From: Candidatus Altiarchaeota archaeon
GTDB taxonomy: Archaea; Altiarchaeota; Altiarchaeia; IMC4; SCGC-AAA252-I15
Assembly (NCBI GenBank): GCA_043800255.1
Contig: JAZDNF010000003.1
Span: 1-64,000 of the forward strand
Length of the DNA stretch: 64,000 nt
Direction: 5' to 3'
In this document: positions 39,456 to 48,937 of the stretch, in pieces
Position numbering within the stretch: the stretch's first letter is position 1
Layout of the letters: the number at the start of each line of letters is the position of its first letter
The notes under the pieces: model-generated
Databases searched by the model: none
Told to the model about the DNA's origin: nothing
The model's input: only the letters and a program-made list of their open reading frames with translations
Position numbers and translations under genes: made by a program

Positions 39456-41024
39456 TTATTTTGACGTTGCTTCGCCATTATTCCACCTGGCCCTGGCAGG
39501 CGGAAGCACGTGAGCGCCCTTTATCATATATTCCATGGTAGCGTCTTCGGACGGGTTCAGCTGTTTTAGAGTCCATACTAGGTAGTTCTCACGCCGTATG
39601 ACTCCAAGGGTTATAGTATGGACTTCAGCCTGTATCGGGATCTTATCCTCTACTGTGATGTCCGTTATCTGCCTTCGGGTTCCGTTCCTGAGGGTGACAG
39701 ATACTTTGCCGCCCTCGTCGACCGTTTTCGAGAATTCGACGCTGCCCTTCAGCTTGGGCAACAGTAGGATGGCTGCCAGCAGAAGAAGGAGCAAGACTGC
39801 CGTTGCCGTCAGATACAGTTTCGTCCTAGGCACCGGCGGAAGGCAGCGTTTGAGTTCGACCCTTAACATGGATTTTTTGCTTATGGAATCCATGGTAGTG
39901 CCGTTTGAGGCTGAGAGTACGGCGCTTACATCGTAGGATGCGGTCTTGTTCGGGATAACGGCGTTAAATTCCAGCGTCCTGATTCTGTCAGGCTCCAACT
40001 GTCCTGTCGCCTGAACGCCTGAGTATAGGATTCCGTCAGGGCCTGAGACTGTCAGATTCACACTGCCCGAATTCCCTTCTTTGGTTGCGATGACGTCAAC
40101 CGTCAGTTTAGCAGTCTGCTCTCCGCAGTAGTATCCGTAGACGTTGTCAGCTAGGACCTCTGCCAAGCCGAATGCGCCTTTTTCCGGCGGCAGGACAGGA
40201 GCCTCGTTGCCGTAGTTCGTCTTCACAGTATAGTTCTCGCCGGGCTGCAGCGTTATATTATAGTAATATAGTATGACCGCGCTGTCTCCGAGTATCGACC
40301 TTGATGTGTTAACAGTGTAATCCCATGCTGTGTCCTTGCTCTGCTTCCAGTCTGCAACGACAATCCTGCCGGGATAGTTCAATCCCAAGTCAGGGTCTAC
40401 TGTGCCTGTTGCTACGATGGATGGGTTGTCCTGCTGGTTATAGGCTTTCCAATACCTGAAATTCAATTTAGTTCCGGAGTAGTCCCGTTCAGCTGTCATG
40501 AGGCCGTCTCCGGGTATGTAGATTGGAACGCCATCGTTGTAGCCGAGCATCGTGTCTATGTGTATTCTGACGCCTACTGGGATTGAGTTAGCATTGTCGT
40601 TTTTCAGTTTTACTAGGATGGAGGTTCCGTTGTCAACGGTCTCCAGTATCTGCTCCACAACAAGGCCTTCAGGCAGCCGCCATCCTGTCCTGATTACGCC
40701 GTTCAGGTTCAGGGGCTTTTGGATGACGTATTCGTCCATCGGCTGGGCGTTTTTCGGATACTTTGACGTTGAATAATATTTTTCATTCACGTTTAGGGTT
40801 AGGAACGTGCCAGGCCAGGGCTTAGGATAGAGGTAGGTCAGCTTCTCCCAGCGGCCATTGTAGAGGCCGCCTATAGAGAACACGCCTATGTTGTCGCATC
40901 CCTCGACAACAGTATGCACCGCCTTCCGAAGGTTCTGTTCCTCCATGTAGCAGGACTCTTCGGTTATGGCATAGGCGAAATTTGAGAGGAGGAGTAATAT
41001 CAGAAAACCAGCCCCGCATTTCAT
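39456..41024 (-). CDS. Secreted single-pass membrane protein with beta-rich domains
   Basis: Signal peptide, DTMLG.NDG.P motif, TM helix near the C-terminus, DUF11-like tail (ITVEDKIP...LVW). Confidence 0.65.
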   Translation of the reverse strand: MKCGAGFLILLLLSNFAYAITEESCYMEEQNLRKAVHTVVEGCDNIGVFSIGGLYNGRWEKLTYLYPKPWPGTFLTLNVNEKYYSTSKYPKNAQPMDEYVIQKPLNLNGVIRTGWRLPEGLVVEQILETVDNGTSILVKLKNDNANSIPVGVRIHIDTMLGYNDGVPIYIPGDGLMTAERDYSGTKLNFRYWKAYNQQDNPSIVATGTVDPDLGLNYPGRIVVADWKQSKDTAWDYTVNTSRSILGDSAVILYYYNITLQPGENYTVKTNYGNEAPVLPPEKGAFGLAEVLADNVYGYYCGEQTAKLTVDVIATKEGNSGSVNLTVSGPDGILYSGVQATGQLEPDRIRTLEFNAVIPNKTASYDVSAVLSASNGTTMDSISKKSMLRVELKRCLPPVPRTKLYLTATAVLLLLLLAAILLLPKLKGSVEFSKTVDEGGKVSVTLRNGTRRQITDITVEDKIPIQAEVHTITLGVIRRENYLVWTLKQLNPSEDATMEYMIKGAHVLPPARARWNNGEATSK

Positions 41025-41074
41025 AATAGGAATTGAAATTCTTATTATAAATGCCAGAATAATATGTTAACGCC

Positions 41075-41710
41075 ATGTTCGAGATTCCTGTTCTGTTCGA
41101 AGTCAATGAGGAGACGTATAACAACCTGACGTCGCTGGTCCTCAGCCCCTATGTTCTCATCGGCATCACAGTTTTGGTTTTCATAGTAGTCTACGCCATA
41201 GTCCGCCTGCTGGAGAAGAGGGAGGGGGAGAGGAAGGCTTCAAAAGAGTTTGAAAGGATGCGGCCGGTCAGGGCTCCGCCACCATTGGCAGAGAAGCCGG
41301 CGCCGGAAGGCGAGCTCACGCCACATGATAAGCTGATAAAAAGGGAGAGGGAACTGAGGGATAGGGAAGAGGAGTTGAAGATCAGGAAGAAGAAGGAATT
41401 GGAGGAAAGGGAGAAGAAACTCGGGGAGAAGGAGTCTGAGGAAACATTCTATGACGACCGCAATAGGGACGCTAACTTGGATATTGTGGGACGTGAGCCG
41501 GCTGACGTCAAGGAGGATGGACCGGGACTGGATGATGAGAGCACCGAACTGGAGTATAGCCGCAACAGGCTCTGGAAGAGCCTGCGGAATGCTGAGGAAA
41601 AATACGTCAACGACGAGATGGATGAGGAAGAGTTCAGGAGGATAACGGCGAAGAACATGCGCGAGCTTATTGAAGTGAACACCAGGCTCAAGAAGATTGA
41701 CAGACTATGA
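41075..41710 (+). CDS. Single-pass membrane protein with charged coiled-coil cytoplasmic part
   Basis: N-terminal TM helix, E/K/R-rich body, SHOCT-like end (MDEEEFRRI). Confidence 0.6.
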   Translation: MFEIPVLFEVNEETYNNLTSLVLSPYVLIGITVLVFIVVYAIVRLLEKREGERKASKEFERMRPVRAPPPLAEKPAPEGELTPHDKLIKRERELRDREEELKIRKKKELEEREKKLGEKESEETFYDDRNRDANLDIVGREPADVKEDGPGLDDESTELEYSRNRLWKSLRNAEEKYVNDEMDEEEFRRITAKNMRELIEVNTRLKKIDRL

Positions 41711-42822
41711 CCGACTATGCGAAGAGTCTCGCCGGTCTCATTGTCATACTCTTGTCTGCGAAAATCGTCGCAATAATGTCCCTCTACGTTCTGATACCCT
41801 ACGCTGTTGACTACATCGACCGTAACCCGGAGTTCCTGGACAAGTTCGGGAACAGGTACTCGCGGACAGGCTACGAGGACAATCTCCCCTTAAGCGCATT
41901 ATGCTGCCACTGGGATTCTGAGCATTATCTCAGGATAAGCGAGCGCGGCTATGACAGCGAGATGCTATACGCCTTCTCCCCAGGTTACCCTATGCTGATC
42001 AGAATCGTCTCGTTTCTGGTCTCTGACAGACTGCTTGCAGCAGTGCTTATTTCAAATTTTTTTTCGATAGCCTCCGTCATGGCTTTCTACTTCACGGCGA
42101 GGCTGTATTTGACGGAACGGGAGAGCGTCTATGCCTCATTTTTTTTCATGCTGTTCCCGACCGTGTTCGTCTACGGGACTGTTGCCTATACCGAGCCGAT
42201 GTTCCTGACGTTTACCATACTAGGATGGTATTTTTTCGAGAGGAAGAAATACTTGAACGCCGGCTCACTGCTGGCGGCCGCCTCGCTCACAAGATATTCC
42301 GGGCTGGTACTGTACCCGATATTGAGCTTCCTGCTGGTGAGGGAGCGCGGCCTTGATTTTAAGGGATTAATCAGACTGAACGCGCCTGCGGTTGCTGTCA
42401 TAGTCTTTTTCCTGGCCCTGCAGTCAACAACGCAGTCTTCCTATTCGGCCATACAGAAAACCTACTGGGACACCCAATTGGAGTATCCGCTCGCGTTCTT
42501 AGGCTATGTGAAGCTGACGGCAGGCTCTGTGTTGAAGGACCCCACATTCTATTTCATCCTCTTCATGGTGCTGGGGATTATGTGTTACAGGATAAGGCCG
42601 AGACTGGCGCTTTACGCACTCACTTTGACACTGTTCTACTCGTCCTTTGTCGGAGTCGCAGCAGCCTCCATACCCCGATTCCTTGCGACAGCATGGCCTG
42701 CGTTCCTGCCGCTCGGAAGATACCTTAAGAACACGTTAGTCGTTGTGACAGTTCTCGCATACTTCTGGATTTTCTCCGTCCTTGTGTTAATAGTACATAC
42801 GCTCTGGATTTTCTACGCCTGA
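41707..42822 (+). CDS. GT-C mannosyltransferase (PIG-V-like)
   Basis: WDSEHYLRISERGY...AFSPGYP, YTEPMF; polytopic. Confidence 0.8.
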   Translation: MTDYAKSLAGLIVILLSAKIVAIMSLYVLIPYAVDYIDRNPEFLDKFGNRYSRTGYEDNLPLSALCCHWDSEHYLRISERGYDSEMLYAFSPGYPMLIRIVSFLVSDRLLAAVLISNFFSIASVMAFYFTARLYLTERESVYASFFFMLFPTVFVYGTVAYTEPMFLTFTILGWYFFERKKYLNAGSLLAAASLTRYSGLVLYPILSFLLVRERGLDFKGLIRLNAPAVAVIVFFLALQSTTQSSYSAIQKTYWDTQLEYPLAFLGYVKLTAGSVLKDPTFYFILFMVLGIMCYRIRPRLALYALTLTLFYSSFVGVAAASIPRFLATAWPAFLPLGRYLKNTLVVVTVLAYFWIFSVLVLIVHTLWIFYA

Positions 42823-43907
42823 ACCTTGTACCTTAGGAGCGCAGCCTTCCCCTTGAAAGTGTTCCAGAGCTGGTATCCTTCCTCGAACTCGTCTGATACT
42901 ATCTCAACCAACGCCCCGGTCTGGGTTGCCATATCATAGTACTTGTCTATCTCGCCCTCAGAGAGCTTCTCGCTCAACAGCAGGGTTTCCACTGCCCCAG
43001 CTTTGAGGCTCTTTTCCACGTCAGGCCCGTAGGCGACGTTCCCTCCCCCAACCAGGTCGCGCATGAACCTCTGGAATAATGTCTTCTGCCTCACCATCTC
43101 AACGCTGCTGAGGTCGTCCTGTGCCTTGTCTATCAGCTCCCGTATGCCTGACTCGTCAGTGTAGGTTGTGTCCTTCACAGCTATTATCTTTTTCTTCAGC
43201 TCGTGGTGGATGTAGTCTCCAGCAACGAAATCGTCCTTGGTGATGGCAGGCCCCCCTATGACAATCCCCCTCACGTCTTTTATGATTGGCAGGAATATGC
43301 TATTGACCTGTTCCCCGACCCGGACCTTGAACTCGTGCGACTGTTCTCTGATGACACGCTCGAACCTCCTCTGGGACTGGCCGCCGGCCCTGTGCTTGCC
43401 GTGGTATCCTGATGTGAGCTTCTTATGGATGGTATAGTTGGAGCCTTTCAGCGTCGCTATCGTCGCAGTCTTGTTGTCTATCGCTATCAGCCCGTAAGAG
43501 TCTGACGGTGTTACGAGCGCCTCAAGCGGGCCCAGCAGGAACTCCTGCTCGCACCTGTAGAGTCTCGTTGATATGGGCTCCGGCGGCTCGACAGCCCAAA
43601 TTCTTAGATCCTGCTGGCCCTCCCGCTCTGAGACGTTGCCGCAGAAGACTGCCAAGCCGTTGGGCGGCGTGCGGTTGTAGAGCTTCAGATTCTGTATGGT
43701 CTTCTCCAGCGCATCGGTGACGTTCTTCTTGGTCGTCCTCGACTTTATGTTGGAAGCCGTGCCCTGCTCATCCTGCAGCTGCTTGAGGATGTTTATCATG
43801 CTGTAACCCTGCGGCACGTATACTGTTATCAGCTCCGTGTGCCTTCCCCTCTTCTCCTTCAGCTCCCGTATGAGCTTCTTAAGTTTGAACTGTTTTTGCG
43901 AGTCCAT
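42813..43907 (-). CDS. prf1: Peptide chain release factor aRF1
   Basis: TASNIKS, YRC...F, GGQSQRRF. Confidence 0.96.
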   Translation of the reverse strand: MDSQKQFKLKKLIRELKEKRGRHTELITVYVPQGYSMINILKQLQDEQGTASNIKSRTTKKNVTDALEKTIQNLKLYNRTPPNGLAVFCGNVSEREGQQDLRIWAVEPPEPISTRLYRCEQEFLLGPLEALVTPSDSYGLIAIDNKTATIATLKGSNYTIHKKLTSGYHGKHRAGGQSQRRFERVIREQSHEFKVRVGEQVNSIFLPIIKDVRGIVIGGPAITKDDFVAGDYIHHELKKKIIAVKDTTYTDESGIRELIDKAQDDLSSVEMVRQKTLFQRFMRDLVGGGNVAYGPDVEKSLKAGAVETLLLSEKLSEGEIDKYYDMATQTGALVEIVSDEFEEGYQLWNTFKGKAALLRYKVQA

Positions 43908-43924
43908 TTTAGAACAAGACGATG

Positions 43925-44749
43925 CTAGCTTAGGTCGTGCGCTCTGTCCAAATCGATTTCAAGGGCTGCTGCCGGAACCTCAAGCCCGAAATTCTCTATA
44001 ACCTGCGGGTGCAGCTCGCCGAAGAATCCAATGCTGTTGCCTGCGCATCTCCCAAGTATGAAGCTGCCATGCTCCAGCTGCCGGACTTCTTCCTTGATGC
44101 TGAGAGCCTGCATGAGGCCTGCGAATATCGCCTTTATGCCTGAGAAGTTGGCGGTCGAGTGGGCGTCTGCAACGCACAATCTCCTGTTGGTATCCCCCTT
44201 CGGCGTGACGCAGTCGCCTACTTCAAAGATTTTCTGCGGGTATTCCATGTTCCTGTTCTTCTCCAACACAGTCAAAAGGGAGGGCGCCAGCCAGGTCCTG
44301 CACACGCTGTGCTCCTCTGAGACCGGGTTCAGGGTTTCCACGACATTCCCGTCCTTCAGGAGCATCCTCCTGAACATCTTATCCCTGTCGGTCATTATCA
44401 AGGTCATAACCTCCTGGAACCCGTAGCCGAGCATCAGCTCCCTGACCTTCGAAGAATACTCCTCAAGGGGGTCTTTCTTGGGGAGGGTGAATTTTTTGAA
44501 AACCTCGGGCTTGAAGTTCTGGTAACCGTATGCTATTGCGATGTCCTCCACCAGGTCCATCGGATGTAGGACGTCAGTCCTGTAGGCTGGGACGCTCACC
44601 GTCAGCTTCTTGCCCGCGCCTTTGACGTCGTATCTCATCCGCTCCAGGAGCTTTTTAGCATCCCCTGTTTTAAGCTGCACGCCCAGAAGCCTGTTGGCGT
44701 AGTCCAGCTCAAGCACCATCTCCTTCGGCGTCAGGTCAGGCGTCCGCAT
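43925..44749 (-). CDS. pheT: Phenylalanyl-tRNA synthetase beta subunit, C-terminal half only (B5 plus core)
   Basis: VPAYRTDVLHPMDLVEDIAIAYGY, NPVSEE...RTWL.PSLL, YPQKIFEVG, FGELHP; only 274 aa. Confidence 0.85.
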   Translation of the reverse strand: MRTPDLTPKEMVLELDYANRLLGVQLKTGDAKKLLERMRYDVKGAGKKLTVSVPAYRTDVLHPMDLVEDIAIAYGYQNFKPEVFKKFTLPKKDPLEEYSSKVRELMLGYGFQEVMTLIMTDRDKMFRRMLLKDGNVVETLNPVSEEHSVCRTWLAPSLLTVLEKNRNMEYPQKIFEVGDCVTPKGDTNRRLCVADAHSTANFSGIKAIFAGLMQALSIKEEVRQLEHGSFILGRCAGNSIGFFGELHPQVIENFGLEVPAAALEIDLDRAHDLS

Positions 44750-44787
44750 GGTATTGTATTATAACGTCAGATTAAAAAAGTATTACA

Positions 44788-46306
44788 ATGAAGTGCGAGA
44801 GGCTGCTACTTTTTTCATCACACTCGGTCTGCTCTTAAGGCTTATCGTCGCCTGGACCGACATCACAGTGCTACTGCAGAAGAATCTCCCAGACGACGCC
44901 TTCTACTATTTCGGGATTGCTAGGAACATCGCCTCCGGGAATGGTGTTACCTTCAACGGCCAGCATATGACGAACGGGTTCCACCCGTTATGGGCGCTGA
45001 TGATAACGCCGTTTTATTTTCTCATGGAGGGAAATGCTGACTTCCAATTCACCTGACCCTCACGCTGGGCGCATTGCTTGATGTCATCACAGCTTGCATA
45101 ATCTTCATGATCGTAATGCTGCTGACTGCAAGCCGGCGTGCGTCACTCTTCTCGGCGGCTGCTTACCTCTTCAACCCGGTCGCGATTATGAATTCGACGA
45201 ACGGTTTGGAGACTTCGGTGAGCGTCCTCTTCTACGCGCTCTCGTTTTACGTTTTCCTCAGGGTGAAGGACTCCACTAGGCGGGGGGAATTTTTCCTGTT
45301 GGGCATTGTGGGAGGCCTCATGGTGTTGGCCAGGACGGACAGCATAACCTTGCTTGCAGTTTACGTTCTTTACTTCCTCGTACGGAGGAACATTGGGGTT
45401 GCGTATGTCCTCCTCGCCGCAGGCGCGACTGTTGCACCATGGATGGTATGGGATTATCTCACGTTTGGGACGCTCTTCCAGTCGAGCGCCCTGTCGGTGC
45501 CGTACATAGTGCACCAGAATTTCATCTCAGCGCAGGGTTCAACGTCTGCTCTGGTAATCTCCCACTCGGTTAGGAATTTCGTGAACGCGCTCTTCTACAA
45601 CCTGCTGATGTTGGACATGTGGGGTCTCGGCCTGATTCCGCTGGCGCTGCTCGCAGCCTACGCTCTTTTAGGGAGTAAAGAGGCGAGACGCAAGGCGTTG
45701 GCTGGCCTGATGCCAGTCTCACTGCTCCTGCTCGGTCTTTTACTGCTAACCATCGTCCACTATGGTATCAGATGGTACGGGAGGCTCTGGTATCTGGCTC
45801 CCGCTTCGGCGGCATCATCCATCATGGCAGGCATCTTCTTCGACAGCCTGAAAGACAGAAAAGTGTTGGCCCTGCTCGCAACCGCAATCGTCTTATCCTG
45901 TTTTGCAGCCTACGGCCTCACATTCTGGCAGCAGGGCTTCTGGCCGTGGCAGCTGGAGTATTATCTCGCCGGGAGGTGGGCTGGCATAAACCTCGGCCCG
46001 GATGCCGTAATCGGGAGTGTCAGTTCAGGCATAATCGGCTACTATTCGAACCTGAGCGTTGTCAGCCTGGACGGCGCCATAAACAACGAAGCCTATTTGA
46101 GCATAAGGAATGGGAACGTCTTTGAGTATTTGAGGGAGAGCAATGTCACGCACCTCGTGGACTATGAAGTCACGCTGTTCGACGACTACAGAGGATATTA
46201 TGGCGTTGACATCAGAGACCAGGTCACCCTTGTGCAGACGGTTAACGTCGAGAACCTAACCTTCAGGGGTTCTGAGGTTGGTGTCTGCAGAATCCGGTAT
46301 CAGTAA
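44788..46306 (+). pseudogene. GT-C membrane glycosyltransferase interrupted by frameshift(s); pseudogene or assembly error
   Basis: PDDAFYY..IARN...TNGFHPLW in one frame continues as LPIHLTLTLGALLD...NGLETS...LARTD in another near 45041; a second probable slip in the T run near 44810. Confidence 0.7.
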
Positions 46307-48186
46307 ACCCTGTACGCTGTGACCTCGCTGTCAGAGTAGAGCGGCTTCTGCCCGTTGAATGCTTCTGAGAGTATTCTGGAGACCTTCTCGTCTGTGCCGT
46401 TCTCGTACAAGTCTGTCAGCAGGACATCATGGTGGACCACAACATACCGTAGGTTATATTCTCTCAAAGCAGGCAAGAACGCCTCAACCCACTCTCCGGT
46501 GAAATTCTTGTGGTCTGGGTCGTTGAGCGGCCCGAAGACCAGGCTGTCCTGCATGAAACCAAGCGCCGTTCGGCTTGGATAGGATACATAACCTCCGACT
46601 ATCGGCCTCTGATGTAGGGTCTGGTAGTAAAGGTACTGGGGTATGCCATGGCCTATTTTGCTGTTATCGCGTTCGATGATTCTGGGGGCAATGGGAACCT
46701 CCAGTACTGCGAAATCTTCCGGGCCGTTTTTTATATCATCATATGCTGGACTTGCGTGCAGTTTCGTGACAGGCAATGCGGACATGAACTCAAAAAGGAT
46801 TAGAACTGATACCGCAAGCGTGAGCAGGTTCTTTCTCGATGACCTGTTGAGCATCTTCTTCAGCCCTAACGCTGAGATTATCGCGCCGGACAGCATCAGC
46901 ATTACGGTGAACCTCGTCGGCGCCCGAAATATGCTGAAGCCCGGAATCAGCATGAAAAACATGTACGGCATCGGTATCGTTAAAGTCCCAAACACATGAA
47001 GAATCGGGCCAAAGGATAATATGAGAAAAACGAGGAACGTTTTAGTCCAAAGGCTGGCCTGCCGGTCTAACAGGGCTACGAATGTGATGATGGTCAGGAG
47101 GAGCACTAGCAGCGACGCGATCGCGTACAATACACTCGCGCCAAAAATCAGGAGATACGATAGGATGACAAGCCCGCCGACGTATATGAAGCTGATGTTT
47201 GGAAAGTACCGCCTATAAGTTGATGCTGCCTCGTTCTTAATCCGGGCGCATGCGCCGCTGGCTCTTAGGTGATAGGCCATCAGGAACATAATAGTGTATC
47301 CCAGTGGGATGGCTGGCGGCAGAAGATATATACTCTTTGAGAGCCTGTAGAATGCCCGGGAGATGCCGTTCAGCAGGGGGTGGAACATGTTCGGCGTGAA
47401 AAACGAGATCAGGTCCATGGAATAGTAGGCTGCGCTGAGCGGTTGCGGCTTCTCATATTCGCTGGAGAAGATGGCAGCCAGTGTCGGGTAGAAGAACGGG
47501 GCCACAAGCAGTGCCGAGATGACCATAATCTGCCCGACAACCTTTAGCGTTCGCCTGTTCAACTGGTTAACTAGGTATATCAGGGTGAACATTAACATGA
47601 ATCCCATGTACTGCCAGGAGCATAGTGCGTTCAACACGAAGAAGATTGATGCCATAATGGCGTCTGATCTCTTTCTGCTTTCCCCTGCCTTGAGGAGGTA
47701 TAGTACGTAGAATGGAATCCACTGTATGCTGGTCAGATTCAGATGGCCTGCCAGGGTCTCAGAAACGTGGTAGGGTGAGAACGCATAAATCAGGCCTGCG
47801 ACAAAACTCGCCCGTTTGTCTGCCGTCAGCTTAAGCGCCAGCAGGTACGTTCCATAGCCTGCCAGTATGAAGGTTGACAGGATGAGCAGATTGTATGTGA
47901 CTACCAGTGTGAAAAAATTCTGCAGCATGAAGCCGACCATCGCATTATAGTGCGATATCGTTGACAGGCTTAGGCTGACTCCCGTAGGGTAGAACTGGTG
48001 GCTGGCGTAGAAGGGGTTGCCTTTAAGCTCTGTTATCGAGTGCTTGAACCACCAGAGGTCCCAGAGGAAATAGTACGAGTCATAGTTCCCGAAGATGCTG
48101 TCGGTTATGTTCTGGATCAGGGGGTATGTTAGGACAGCGGTCAGCAGAGCGTAAAGTACTATAACGTAAGCCTTATCCTTTTCCAT
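46300..48186 (-). CDS. Polytopic GT-C/YfhO-like membrane protein
   Basis: WDLWW, FYPTGVSL, AFSPYH, GHLNL...WIP, FRAP.RF, YYQT.H.RPIVGGY. Confidence 0.75.
   Translation of the reverse strand: MEKDKAYVIVLYALLTAVLTYPLIQNITDSIFGNYDSYYFLWDLWWFKHSITELKGNPFYASHQFYPTGVSLSLSTISHYNAMVGFMLQNFFTLVVTYNLLILSTFILAGYGTYLLALKLTADKRASFVAGLIYAFSPYHVSETLAGHLNLTSIQWIPFYVLYLLKAGESRKRSDAIMASIFFVLNALCSWQYMGFMLMFTLIYLVNQLNRRTLKVVGQIMVISALLVAPFFYPTLAAIFSSEYEKPQPLSAAYYSMDLISFFTPNMFHPLLNGISRAFYRLSKSIYLLPPAIPLGYTIMFLMAYHLRASGACARIKNEAASTYRRYFPNISFIYVGGLVILSYLLIFGASVLYAIASLLVLLLTIITFVALLDRQASLWTKTFLVFLILSFGPILHVFGTLTIPMPYMFFMLIPGFSIFRAPTRFTVMLMLSGAIISALGLKKMLNRSSRKNLLTLAVSVLILFEFMSALPVTKLHASPAYDDIKNGPEDFAVLEVPIAPRIIERDNSKIGHGIPQYLYYQTLHQRPIVGGYVSYPSRTALGFMQDSLVFGPLNDPDHKNFTGEWVEAFLPALREYNLRYVVVHHDVLLTDLYENGTDEKVSRILSEAFNGQKPLYSDSEVTAYRVY
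46385..46614. repeat. 230-bp near-identical segment, copy 1 (copy 2 at 49020-49249)
   Basis: About 16 mismatches by hand alignment. Confidence 0.85.
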
Positions 48187-48898
48187 CTTCTTTTTCCGCG
48201 ACCACTGTGAGGAGCATTCCCGATGCAGTCATTTTGAGCAGGCGCTCTTCAGCCGGATGGACGAGTTTTGTCAGCTTTTCTGACAGCACCGCCGTGAAGG
48301 GTGTGACAAGGAGTATCGTGCTCATCTTCTTCACCCTCATGCCGTTGTCCTCGAGAATCTTCTTCAGCCCGTTTTTGTCGAATTTTGATATGTGCTGTTT
48401 CCGGTAGCCTCTGCCCTTCCCGAGGGTGTCCCACAGGAATTCGACCATAGGCCACATGCTGCGGAAGTTGGGAGTCGTGAGTATGAGGTTTCCCTTGTCG
48501 TTCAGTGTTCTCCGGATTTCCGCGACGCATTTCTGCGGGCTGGTCAGGTGTTCTATCAGTTCAACGCATACTACCGCATCGAAGGATTTCTCCTTGAATG
48601 GCAGGTTGATGGCGTCGCCGACCACGCCCATCAGGTTCTTGTTTATTTTCCTGCAATTTCTTATGCAATTCTCCGAGATGTCGTAGGATATTACCGTGTT
48701 CGATTCTGACAGCAGGTTCGAGATTACCCCTGAGCCTGATCCGAGGTCCAGCAGCAATTTGCCTACGCCAGCGTCTTCGACGACCTTTGATATCTTCTCC
48801 CTCTGCCAGTATCTTTGCACGTACAGTCTGCCGTAGTATGCCCGCTCGTCCAAGTCGCCTGCGAACCTGCCATAGTATTCCCGGTAATTTTCAGGCAT
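48173..48898 (-). CDS. Class I SAM-dependent methyltransferase (type 11-like)
   Basis: LLDLGSGSG, GDAINLPF...SFD, ELIEHL, TTPN. Confidence 0.88.
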   Translation of the reverse strand: MPENYREYYGRFAGDLDERAYYGRLYVQRYWQREKISKVVEDAGVGKLLLDLGSGSGVISNLLSESNTVISYDISENCIRNCRKINKNLMGVVGDAINLPFKEKSFDAVVCVELIEHLTSPQKCVAEIRRTLNDKGNLILTTPNFRSMWPMVEFLWDTLGKGRGYRKQHISKFDKNGLKKILEDNGMRVKKMSTILLVTPFTAVLSEKLTKLVHPAEERLLKMTASGMLLTVVAEKEDGKG

Positions 48899-48937
48899 GT
48901 GAGAATATTTGACCGTAATCTTAAAAGAAAATGTGAT

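Noticed and set aside
45054-45056. TGA readthrough or recoding in the GT-C gene
   Set aside because: The downstream part is in a different frame, so this is a frameshift. aRF1 motifs are canonical and TGA ends many genes here.
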